Origin: an uncultured Methanosarcinales archaeon
GTDB lineage: Archaea; Nanobdellota; Nanobdellia; Woesearchaeales; GW2011-AR4
Assembly: GCA_964469645.1 (NCBI GenBank)
Contig: CAYXZV010000004.1
Span: forward strand, 308-64,307
DNA length: 64,000 nucleotides
Reading direction: 5' to 3'
The position numbers and the translations under genes are program-made. Shown here one piece after another: positions 1-7,769 of the stretch; positions within the stretch are counted from its first letter, which is position 1; each line of letters opens with the position of its first letter. The notes under the pieces are model-generated. The model saw nothing but the letters and a program-made list of their open reading frames with translations, was not told the origin of the DNA and did not search any database.

Positions 1-160
1 AGCTTATTCGTCCTTTCTCAATCTTTAGATTTAATGTTCCGGTATAGGGATCAAATCCGAGCTTTTCTTTAATTTTGCCCTTATAATAATCTATAGACAT
101 GAAAACAGCCCCTTTCCCTAAACCTGCGGTTACAGTGCCTTCAAAAACCATATCCCCCAT
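1..160 (-). CDS. ribK: CTP-dependent riboflavin kinase (archaeal RibK type), N-terminal 53 codons only; rest lies left of the window
   Basis: Minus-strand translation from ATG at 160 gives MGDMVFEGTVTAGLGKGAVFMSIDYYKGKIKEKLGFDPYTGTLNLKIEKGRIS. This matches the GxGxG...LGFxPYxGTLN signature of archaeal riboflavin kinases. It is absent from the ORF track because it is truncated. Confidence 0.6.
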   Translation of the reverse strand, partial: MGDMVFEGTVTAGLGKGAVFMSIDYYKGKIKEKLGFDPYTGTLNLKIEKGRIS

Positions 161-201
161 ATTACTCAGGGAGATATTTTCACTTATAAAACTTTGCTAA
201 T

Positions 202-648
202 CTAGAACTTAGATTGTCTGAACAGATCCTTGAAGTTTATATTGAGCTTTTTTCCGGTTTTTACGTCTTTTGCAAAAACTTTTTTTCCAATGTTTACTAC
301 TTTAATCTTATCCCCTTTGTATTCAATTATATCTCCTTTTTTGAAGCTTGGCATGCGGAAGAGTAAATTTACGCGGTAGAGTTCTTTGCCGGTCTGCCTG
401 TGCCTTGTGTGCAGCTTTTTGCTTATAGTTATCTGGCCTCCAAAACGGCTTTGGAGCTTATTCGCAAGACTGCGCAGGGTTCTTTGCCTGGATATGTACA
501 AGTCAGAGCCGTTAGTAACTTTTTTTATCTTAGAGATAAAAGTATCTTCAGTTTTCTCTATCTCTTTTACGGCAAATTCCATTACTTCTTCTTTGACATT
601 CCTCAATTGCAGGATTCCTTCAAAGTAATTGTCGTGTTTTGGTTCCAT
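202..648 (-). CDS. NMD3-family protein, short form without N-terminal zinc-finger domain
   Basis: 148 aa. Contains FEGILQLR, GSDLYIS and GKELYRVNLLFR, which resemble the archaeal NMD3/COG1499 core. Confidence 0.5.
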   Translation of the reverse strand: MEPKHDNYFEGILQLRNVKEEVMEFAVKEIEKTEDTFISKIKKVTNGSDLYISRQRTLRSLANKLQSRFGGQITISKKLHTRHRQTGKELYRVNLLFRMPSFKKGDIIEYKGDKIKVVNIGKKVFAKDVKTGKKLNINFKDLFRQSKF

Positions 649-667
649 ATTTTACTCACCATTAAAT

Positions 668-775
668 CAGCGTCTGGGGACGTCTGCGACGTCCCTAAAC
701 GGACAACTTCTAAATGTTCAGTTTCGGGTCGTGCGGTACTTCGTACCGCACACTGTTGCACGGGTACGTGCAATA
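668..775. repeat. GC-rich modular hairpin repeat, mosaic copy (family A/B/C)
   Basis: Hairpins GGGACGTC-tgc-GACGTCCC (677-695), GTGCGGTAC-ttc-GTACCGCAC (731-751) and TTGCACG-ggta-CGTGCAA (756-773). Flanks CAGCGTCTGG and CAGTTTCGGG are shared with 16654-16779. Confidence 0.75.
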
Positions 776-813
776 ACGAAAGCTTTTTATGCTGTCCTGG
801 TGTTTTTGAGCCT

Positions 814-1485
814 ATGAATAAAAAGAAGTTTAAAAAACTAATCAAAAAAACATGGCATTTCATATGGGAAGATGATAGTATCTGGAGCTGGATCGCTAAT
901 ATAATTATCGCATTTATTCTTATAAAATTTATAGTATATCCTGGATTAGGGTTTGTTTTGAGTACGAGTCATCCTGTTGTTGCTGTTGTTTCGAGCAGTA
1001 TGGAGCATAAGACAGTATCATCCTGCATAGATGGTGATTGTAAGTATACTATGTGTGGGAATGTATATGAGGAAAGAAAGTTTTTTGAGTTAGATGAATA
1101 TTGGGAAGAGTGCGGCAGCTGGTATATTGACAATACAGATATTGATGAAAACGAATTTTCCGGATTTTCTTTTAAAAACGGTTTTGACAAAGGGGATATA
1201 ATGTTTTTGAAAGGGGCAAATGTAGAGAACATTGAAGCTGGAGATACGATAGTCTTCAGGAGCGACAGGAAAGATCCTATAATACACAGGGTTGTGAAAA
1301 AATCTGAAGATGATGGAATATATTTCCAGACAAAAGGAGATAATAATGAAGGCTCCATAAAAAGCAAGGCTTTAGACGAAACCAAGATAGGAGAAGATAT
1401 TATTATTGGGAAAGCTGTTTTTAGGGTGCCCTTTCTGGGCTACATAAAGATATGGTTTGTTGAATTCATAGAAATCATATTTTGA
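814..1485 (+). CDS. Signal peptidase I, archaeal/ER Sec11 type (S26B)
   Basis: Start taken at the internal ATG 814 (MNKKKFKKLIKK), followed by a TM helix. Motifs SSSMEHK (Ser), GDIMFL, IIHRVV (His) and TKGDNN are present. The upstream part of ORF 400..1485 only reads through the repeat. Confidence 0.8.
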   Translation: MNKKKFKKLIKKTWHFIWEDDSIWSWIANIIIAFILIKFIVYPGLGFVLSTSHPVVAVVSSSMEHKTVSSCIDGDCKYTMCGNVYEERKFFELDEYWEECGSWYIDNTDIDENEFSGFSFKNGFDKGDIMFLKGANVENIEAGDTIVFRSDRKDPIIHRVVKKSEDDGIYFQTKGDNNEGSIKSKALDETKIGEDIIIGKAVFRVPFLGYIKIWFVEFIEIIF

Positions 1486-1613
1486 GAGTATGATTTCTAG
1501 GATGCCAAAAATGTAATTGCATTTTTGTGCATGCTGAAATTGGCTGGATTTGCGTAACTTTGCAGCTAAAATGAATAAGTTATTAAATAAGAGCTAAAAT
1601 TCTGGTTTTAAAC

Positions 1614-1928
1614 ATGTTTTGTCCAAAATGCGGTTCGGTATTATTGCCAAAGAAGGAAGGCAGCAAGAAGACTTTAGTCTGCAGCTGTGGCTATAAAAGC
1701 AGTAATATGGAACAGACAAAGATAACTGAAAATGTAGCTAAGAAGAGCAAGGGTGTAGAGGTTGTAGAGAAAAAGGTCAACATACTCCCAAAAACTAAAG
1801 CCAAATGTGAGAAATGCGGCCATGGTACTGCTTTTTTCTGGACACTACAAACGAGAGCAGGAGACGAACCAGAAACTAAATTCTTAAGATGTGAGAAATG
1901 CGAACATACTTGGCGAGATTATGATTGA
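1614..1928 (+). CDS. tfs: Transcription factor S (TFIIS-like, RpoM family)
   Basis: 104 aa with two zinc ribbons (CPKCGS...CSCG; CEKCGH...CEKCEH) and the LQTRAGDEPET acidic-loop motif. Confidence 0.9.
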   Translation: MFCPKCGSVLLPKKEGSKKTLVCSCGYKSSNMEQTKITENVAKKSKGVEVVEKKVNILPKTKAKCEKCGHGTAFFWTLQTRAGDEPETKFLRCEKCEHTWRDYD

Positions 1929-2467
1929 TAAGTCCGTTGAGGTGTTGGTGGATTCTCAGTATCGTATTTTTGTGATCTAATCTGATTAGATATGTCAAAT
2001 ATTTTTTCACATCCAAATGGCCAAGGTATAACATTCTCGGGTTTTAATTCTTCATCAGGATTTGATTGTTGGCCATGGTTTAATTCTTGAATTTCAGCTC
2101 TAAGTTTCATATATCTATTTTTGTCGAGTCTGGGAATATCTATTGGAAATCTAGTAAGAATATATACTGGAGTCTTAGGAGATGATTTTTTTATCGCTAG
2201 ATATACTTCGGCTGTGGATGCTGCCGGTATATGCAAACCACCCCCAAGACAATCATAAAATATAACATCATCGTGAATAATTACACCATCATAAGGCATT
2301 TTATTTTTGACCTTTTCATTGAATTCTCTTATGCCTTCTAAACCATCTGTAATTGTAGTCGCATCTGCTCCAGTTTCCTCAATCCATTCTCCTAAAAGTT
2401 CTCCTAAGTCTGGATCAGGATCTATTACTAAAATTTCCAATCTTCCTGGTTTTTGTTCTTCTGTCAT
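1919..2467 (-). CDS. Divergent CheY-like receiver-domain protein
   Basis: LEILVIDPDPDLGELL (beta1 plus acidic pocket), YDGVIIHDDVIF (beta3 Asp) and TPVYILTRFP (beta4) are present. The C-terminal 70 aa are unassigned. Confidence 0.45.
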   Translation of the reverse strand: MTEEQKPGRLEILVIDPDPDLGELLGEWIEETGADATTITDGLEGIREFNEKVKNKMPYDGVIIHDDVIFYDCLGGGLHIPAASTAEVYLAIKKSSPKTPVYILTRFPIDIPRLDKNRYMKLRAEIQELNHGQQSNPDEELKPENVIPWPFGCEKIFDISNQIRSQKYDTENPPTPQRTYQS

Positions 2468-2503
2468 TTTTGTGTTAGAAAGAGAGATTATGATTAGAGT
2501 GGG

Positions 2504-3001
2504 CTAGATATAAGGCAATCTTGTTATAGGGAGATTTTGAGCGGCCCCATTTATAGGTTCTATTGCTATAAACTCTGGAGTTGAGTTCAACATAGTGCCA
2601 TAAAAAGTCCTAGTATAACTATGTATTACTGGAATTCTTAAATCATGTAAGGTCTCTTTGGCTTCTAAGGCGTTAGCGTTTCCTATTGGATCGAATCTAC
2701 AGCCAAAAATACCTGCATGCAAATCAGTTCTATCGGCCCCATATTTACCAACCATTTCTTCAAGAAGTGTTTTTGCAGCTTGTTCTGGGGTTACAATATA
2801 TCCATCAGGTAATTGCAGGGCAGATCTATAATGGTGTTCCATTTCAGATGGTACCGGAGCGTGAGCCAATCCTCTTAATCCCTTTCCATCATAAAGTACG
2901 ATGCCGCAACAAGTATCTAGGCTAGCCGCTAAATCGTCTTCTCTAGTTACTTCAAGCCCTCCCATCAAAATGCTTTTCCTAGACATATACTGATGCTGCA
3001 T
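2504..3001 (-). CDS. CheD-like deamidase-fold protein
   Basis: SLDTCCGIVLYDGKGLRGLAHAPVP aligns with the CheD motif LGSCVAV..D....GG.AH..LP (Cys/His). AGIFGCRF aligns with K.FGGA, and AAKTLLEEMVGKYGA with the CheD helix. Confidence 0.55.
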   Translation of the reverse strand: MQHQYMSRKSILMGGLEVTREDDLAASLDTCCGIVLYDGKGLRGLAHAPVPSEMEHHYRSALQLPDGYIVTPEQAAKTLLEEMVGKYGADRTDLHAGIFGCRFDPIGNANALEAKETLHDLRIPVIHSYTRTFYGTMLNSTPEFIAIEPINGAAQNLPITRLPYI

Positions 3002-3122
3002 ATTTCCCCTTTATAAACCTTTCTATAGTTGTTATTGTAAAGTGGTGAATATGTTGTTTATATTCAAAATAATAAACATTTAAATATAATCTTTGAAATA
3101 CTGATTAAAAAAGGGGTGTTAG

Positions 3123-5093
3123 ATGTCATTAAGGGTTATCTTTAATCTTATAGCAGTTTCTGGTGTTTTTAGTAAAAGTGATGCTGATTTAGATATATTG
3201 CCGCCTCCGCCTCCTTTTCCGGAGATAGGGGAAGAAGTAAAAAAAGCTAAAGTGAAGGAAAAAGAAAGAAAGAGGAAAAACAATAAGAAACAAAAGGAAG
3301 AGGTAAACAAGAAGAAAGAGATAGAAAAGAAGAAAAGGCAAGAAGAGCGGGAAAGAGGGAAAAAGGAGAAGGAACAGCAGAAACTCAAAAGATTGGGAGT
3401 GAAAAGGAAAGAAAAAGAGAAAATTAAGAGAGTTGAAATAAATAAGCAGAAGGCAAGAGATAGGAAGAAGAAAGTATTCGAATTCTTCCATAAAGTTGGT
3501 TTGGTTAAGACTGAAAAAGAGAAGAAAGAAAGAGGAAAGCAAAAACAGGAAGAAGGGAAGAAAAGGTTAGAAGAATTAAAGAAAGACGAAGCAGCTAAAA
3601 AAGTATTTAAAAATTTAGAAAAAAAACCCAAGGAATTGGGACAGATTAAAGAACCAGAACAGAAAAAAGTAAGGAAAAAATCAGTTTTATCTGGTATTTT
3701 TGGGAAGAAAGAAGAAAGACAGTTTAAAGAAGAATTAGAAGATCTTGAGAAAATAACTCCTAAGCCTAGAAAAGAAGAGAAAATTAAGAAACAGAAAGTA
3801 GAAGATAGTAAGAGTGAAAAACTTAATTTCTTTCATAAAGTTGGTTTGGTTAAGACTGAAAAAGGAAGGAAAGAAAGAGAAGAACAAAAACAGGAAGAAG
3901 AGAAGTTAAAGAGGAAACAAGAAGAGGAAAATAAAAAACAACAGGAGCTGCTAAGGAAAGAAGAAGAAAGGAAACGTTTAGGGGAAGAGAAGAAAAATCT
4001 AGAAGAATTAAAGAAGAAGAAAATAGAAATTCCAAAGTTTAAATTCCCTGCAAAAAAAGAAGAGGAAAAACATCACGAAGTTGTAAAGGCAGAAGATGAA
4101 ATACAAAGGGCAATTTCTGGTATTAAAAAATCGAAGAAGAAGAAAACAAGGATTATAAAAACCTTATTTAAGAAGAAAGAAGAAAAAAAAGAAAGATTGA
4201 GACAACAAGGAAGAAGGGTTGGTAAGAAGAAAACATTCAATTTCTTTCATGGATTAGGTTTGGTTAAGAGTGAGAAAGAGAAAAAATATCTAGAGGTGAA
4301 GAAACAAAGAGAAATTAAGCTTGAAAATCAACAACAGAAAAAAGCAGAGGAAGTAGAGCGGAAGGAAAGAGCAGAGAAAAAAAGGCAAGAACAAATTGGA
4401 AAAAAGAAGTACAAAGAATATCTGAAGGGAAAAGAAGAAACAAGGAAGAAAGCGGAACAGGAAAGAGTAAAGCGAAAGCCAGTTGAACAAAGAAAAGCAA
4501 AAGAACTGGAAAGAGAAGATATTTTAAAAGAACTTAAAGAATTAAAAATACCTCAAGTGGAAGTTCCTAAGAAACCTCTTTTTGGGAAGGTATTCGGCAA
4601 AAAGAAAGAGAAAACAGAGTTTGAGAAAGAGCTGCAGGATTTAGAAGAAATACAACCAATAAAAAAATCAAGGGGTGGAATAATCTCAAAAGTTCCTGAT
4701 TTTCCGGAGCTGAAAGAAATTGAAGAAGAGGTACAAAATCCAGAGCAAATAAGAAAAACAGAAGATGAGATACAAAAGGCTATTGCAGGAATAAAGGTAA
4801 AAAAGCCTTTCGTTGAGAAAAGATTATTCAGCAAGGAAAAAAGAGAAGAAATAGCGACACCGCATGTAATGCCAAGAACTTATGACAAGATAGATCATGT
4901 TGAGGATATTGAGGAGAAGATGCATAAAGCAAGGCTGGCGTTGATGGACTTTAAATTTGAAGAAGCAAAAATGATTTATATAGAGATTATGCAGGCATAT
5001 AATGCTTTGGATCCGAAAGACAGGCATAAGGTTTACAAGGACATTAAGGATTTATATTACGAAAGGAGAAGTGCTGAGAGGTTTGCTAAGTAA
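3123..5093 (+). CDS. 656-aa Lys/Glu-rich repeat protein with N-terminal polyproline motif and globular C-terminal helical domain
   Basis: SD-like aggggtg precedes the ATG. Contains DILPPPPPFPE and three FFH(K/G)(V/L)GLVK(T/S)EKE modules. An exact 31-nt DNA repeat occurs at 3489-3519 and 3834-3864. EDEIQ(R/K)AI(S/A)GIK occurs twice. Confidence 0.7.
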   Translation: MSLRVIFNLIAVSGVFSKSDADLDILPPPPPFPEIGEEVKKAKVKEKERKRKNNKKQKEEVNKKKEIEKKKRQEERERGKKEKEQQKLKRLGVKRKEKEKIKRVEINKQKARDRKKKVFEFFHKVGLVKTEKEKKERGKQKQEEGKKRLEELKKDEAAKKVFKNLEKKPKELGQIKEPEQKKVRKKSVLSGIFGKKEERQFKEELEDLEKITPKPRKEEKIKKQKVEDSKSEKLNFFHKVGLVKTEKGRKEREEQKQEEEKLKRKQEEENKKQQELLRKEEERKRLGEEKKNLEELKKKKIEIPKFKFPAKKEEEKHHEVVKAEDEIQRAISGIKKSKKKKTRIIKTLFKKKEEKKERLRQQGRRVGKKKTFNFFHGLGLVKSEKEKKYLEVKKQREIKLENQQQKKAEEVERKERAEKKRQEQIGKKKYKEYLKGKEETRKKAEQERVKRKPVEQRKAKELEREDILKELKELKIPQVEVPKKPLFGKVFGKKKEKTEFEKELQDLEEIQPIKKSRGGIISKVPDFPELKEIEEEVQNPEQIRKTEDEIQKAIAGIKVKKPFVEKRLFSKEKREEIATPHVMPRTYDKIDHVEDIEEKMHKARLALMDFKFEEAKMIYIEIMQAYNALDPKDRHKVYKDIKDLYYERRSAERFAK

Positions 5094-5132
5094 ACCAAAA
5101 ATCTTATATTGGAGTATAGATTTCTTAGTGTA

Positions 5133-5381
5133 ATGGTAATGTCTTTGATATATATGATTGACCCCACCGGGATCTATCAAATGAGTCGTATGAAGGAAAC
5201 ATTTGAAATGCTAGATCGAGAACCTACTGAAGCTGTTGAACTTTTTGCTAAGAGAAATGAACCAGGAGAAGGTCTAGTGGGTCAAATTATGAGTATGTTG
5301 GACCCTAAGCGATTTATAGATTATACTGCTGCTCAAACAATACTTCAGGAAAGGGAAAATGATCGTTTTCGCAGACCTTAG
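5133..5381 (+). CDS. Hypothetical small protein (ORFan, atypical codon use)
   Basis: ORF 5109..5381, with the first ATG at 5133. No recognisable domain. About 5 of 9 Arg codons are CGN by hand count. Confidence 0.35.
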   Translation: MVMSLIYMIDPTGIYQMSRMKETFEMLDREPTEAVELFAKRNEPGEGLVGQIMSMLDPKRFIDYTAAQTILQERENDRFRRP

Positions 5382-5435
5382 ATTCTGATTGATCTTTCCA
5401 CAAAGTTAATAAATATTCTAATTTTTTGAATTTTT

Positions 5436-6053
5436 ATGGTTAAAGGTATCTTTATTGTTCTTGACGGTCTGGATGGCAGCGGGAAAAGCGAGATGGCAAG
5501 GCTTTTGTACGAGCATTTCTCAAAAAACGACAAGTATGATGTTTTGGTGACTAGGGAGCCTACTGATGGAAAATATGGCAAGGAGATAAGGGAAAGACTG
5601 GCAAAAGAAGATGATCCAAAAATAAATGGAAAGGAAATGCTAGAGCTGTTCATACAGGACAGGGAAGATCACCTAAAAAATAAAGTAATTCCATTCTTGA
5701 ACAAAACAAATGATAAAGATGTGAATATAGTGATATGCGACAGATACTATTATTCAACTATGGCTTTTCAATCTGTACAGGGATTGGATACAAAAATGCT
5801 TATTGAGCTGAATAAAGAATTCTTGAAGCCGGAAGTTGCATTTATTCTTGATGTAAAGCCTGAGACTGCCCTGGAGAGGATAAGCGGAAGGAAAAAGGAG
5901 AAGTTTGAGCAGCTTGAGTTTATGAACAAGTTAAGGGCTAGATTTTTAGAGCTTCCTGAGCTATTAGATGATAATCTCAAGATCATAGATGCTTCTAAAA
6001 CGGCAGAAGAAGTTTTTGAAGATGTTAAGAGAGAAATAAATCAATTGCTTTGA
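5436..6053 (+). CDS. tmk: Thymidylate kinase
   Basis: P-loop LDGLDGSGKS, TREPTDGKYGKEIRE and DRYYYST are present. Confidence 0.9.
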   Translation: MVKGIFIVLDGLDGSGKSEMARLLYEHFSKNDKYDVLVTREPTDGKYGKEIRERLAKEDDPKINGKEMLELFIQDREDHLKNKVIPFLNKTNDKDVNIVICDRYYYSTMAFQSVQGLDTKMLIELNKEFLKPEVAFILDVKPETALERISGRKKEKFEQLEFMNKLRARFLELPELLDDNLKIIDASKTAEEVFEDVKREINQLL

Positions 6054-6057
6054 GGAA

Positions 6058-6135
6058 AGTGTTTAGGTGCACTAAACACTTTAAACCTCCCCATCAGTGC
6101 ACAACTAAAGTTATTAACCCACCCCTACACAGGAT
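6058..6135 (+). repeat. Conserved 3' element copy 1: hairpin plus twin C-rich motifs
   Basis: AAGTGTTTAG-gtgca-CTAAACACTT (6058-6082) is followed by CCTCCCCATCAG (6087-) and CCCACCCCTACACA (6118-6131). The same layout occurs at 33571-33655. Confidence 0.6.
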
Positions 6136-6168
6136 AATAGATGTTGCAGAACTACTAGAATATTCTTT

Positions 6169-6528
6169 TTAAGGCAGTTTTAATGTATTTTTTTCTGTTT
6201 CTTCCGGTACAGTTTCCTGATGCTCATTTTTTCTGGTAAATATTTTTCCGGATTTTAATATCATTGCTGCTATAACTATAGCTATTCCGATTATTATTGA
6301 GGGTATTACAAGATTATTCTCTATTATAGTTTTTTCTATAGTGGGAACGGGATGGCATGAAAAATCACTGCCGCAGTAATTATCAGAAGGGCATTGAGAG
6401 TCTGACCTGCATTCTTTAGCATTAAAGTTAGCAAACCATTCACCAAGTACAATTATGGATAGAACTATCAATACCACTATGATACTTATTGTTAGAATTT
6501 CTGACTTTTTATTGTTTAATAAGTTCAT
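6169..6528 (-). CDS. Small membrane protein with Cys-rich ectodomain (2 TM)
   Basis: 119 aa. N-terminal TM helix, then CRSDSQCPSDNYCGSDFSC, a second TM helix and a charged tail. Confidence 0.5.
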   Translation of the reverse strand: MNLLNNKKSEILTISIIVVLIVLSIIVLGEWFANFNAKECRSDSQCPSDNYCGSDFSCHPVPTIEKTIIENNLVIPSIIIGIAIVIAAMILKSGKIFTRKNEHQETVPEETEKNTLKLP

Positions 6529-6593
6529 TTGAGAAGGAGTTACTCGGGATGATTTTTAAATTTTTCTATAGATGACTACTTTAAAGTAAAAAA

Positions 6594-6686
6594 CTAATTC
6601 TGCTCTTCTTCGTCTTCTTCCTCTTTTTGCTCTTCAAACTCTCCAAGCTTCTTGTTCTTCATCATTGTTTTGTAACTTACTGCCAT
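6594..6686 (-). CDS. Candidate 30-aa acidic micro-protein co-transcribed with dut
   Basis: Hand translation gives MAVSYKTMMKNKKLGEFEEQKEEEDEEEQN. A strong SD (agaggtga) lies 5 nt before the ATG, in the 18-nt gap after the dut stop. Confidence 0.4.
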   Translation of the reverse strand: MAVSYKTMMKNKKLGEFEEQKEEEDEEEQN

Positions 6687-6704
6687 ACTTTCACCTCTTT
6701 GATA

Positions 6705-7139
6705 TTATCCAAGACCTGTGCTTCCAAAGCCATTATCACTTCTTGTTGTAGCAGTTAACTGTTCAGCTTCCTCGAACACAGCTTCCTCAACTTTTGTGAA
6801 TATTATTTGGCCTATTTTCTTTCCTTTCTCCACCTTATATTCCTTATCGCTTAGATTGATTAAGGGTACTTTTATTTCTCCCCTATAGCAGCTGTCTATT
6901 GTGCCGACAGCGTTAGCATGGCTTATACCATCGTGTATTGCCAAGCCGCTTTTAGGCCTTACCTGCCCTTCATAGCCATAAGGTATCTCGAGCTTTAATC
7001 CAGTCGGTATTAACTTACGTTCCATTGGCTTTAAGATATGTTCTTCAGCAGAGTAAAGATCAACACCTGAATCACCTTTATGGGCATAGCTAGGAGTGGG
7101 AATGTCAGAAATCTTCTGCATCTTTATTTTAAGAGCCAT
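6705..7139 (-). CDS. dut: dUTP diphosphatase (trimeric dUTPase)
   Basis: GDSGVDLYS, GTIDSCYRGE and the C-terminal RSDNGFGSTG motif are present. Confidence 0.9.
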   Translation of the reverse strand: MALKIKMQKISDIPTPSYAHKGDSGVDLYSAEEHILKPMERKLIPTGLKLEIPYGYEGQVRPKSGLAIHDGISHANAVGTIDSCYRGEIKVPLINLSDKEYKVEKGKKIGQIIFTKVEEAVFEEAEQLTATTRSDNGFGSTGLG

Positions 7140-7222
7140 TTTTTAGAACTAGAATTTCTATTAACAAGCTTATATTTAAAGAATATGTAAATGGAAAGTA
7201 TATGATGGAGAAACTAAAATCT

Positions 7223-7717
7223 TTATTTGTTTTCAACAAAATCCATTAGAGAGTCCAGACTGTGATACTTTATTTCTCCGTTTTCCGGACTTATCTTTAT
7301 GTTTAGGGTCTTGAATGTATGCGTGACAAGAGTTATGTTCCATACGTTGCCATATTCCTTAAGGTTTTGCAGGATTATTATTGTTTTGTTTGCTAATTCT
7401 TTTGGGTATTTTTCTTTCTGAAAGTCTTCTGCTTTTTTTAATATTTCCTTTAGGGGTAGTTTTACGTTTTTTACGTCTATTGGATTTACCTCCATATCTG
7501 GTTTTTTGAATATCTCTTCTTCTTCGTTCATTTCAATTTCCTGGTGGATTGTGAATGTTGTCATCTTATCTGTTGTTTTATGATAAAAGCCAAGATTCCA
7601 GGAATCATCATCTGGCGTTTTTAGGGCGTAAGAGAAGAATGTTTCCGGATTCTTTTTCTTCCAGTCTTTAAACTGCATGCTCTCTTCTAATTTTTTCAAT
7701 GCCTGTTTTAATTCCAT
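7223..7717 (-). CDS. Hypothetical protein
   Basis: 164-aa ORF with host-like K/E/N-rich composition and no recognised motif. Confidence 0.5.
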   Translation of the reverse strand: MELKQALKKLEESMQFKDWKKKNPETFFSYALKTPDDDSWNLGFYHKTTDKMTTFTIHQEIEMNEEEEIFKKPDMEVNPIDVKNVKLPLKEILKKAEDFQKEKYPKELANKTIIILQNLKEYGNVWNITLVTHTFKTLNIKISPENGEIKYHSLDSLMDFVENK

Positions 7718-7769
7718 ATTTTTATTGTTATAGTATAAATTTAAATATGTTTGGTTGTTACTTTAGCTT

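Noticed and set aside
400-813. N-terminal 138 codons of ORF 400..1485 (+)
   Set aside because: This part runs antisense to the NMD3-like gene and straight through the GC-rich repeat. The signal-peptidase homology, Lys-rich n-region and TM helix all begin at ATG 814.
3119-3631. Long stop-free antisense ORFs opposite KE-rich coding regions. Examples are 3119..3631, 3189..3542, 23174..23455, 42219..42827, 46033..46558, 47306..47965, 49903..50514, 50520..51179 and 52182..52535.
   Set aside because: The reverse complement of AAG/GAA/AAA-rich codons gives F/L/S-rich frames without stops. All lie opposite confidently identified genes, and none has start signals.
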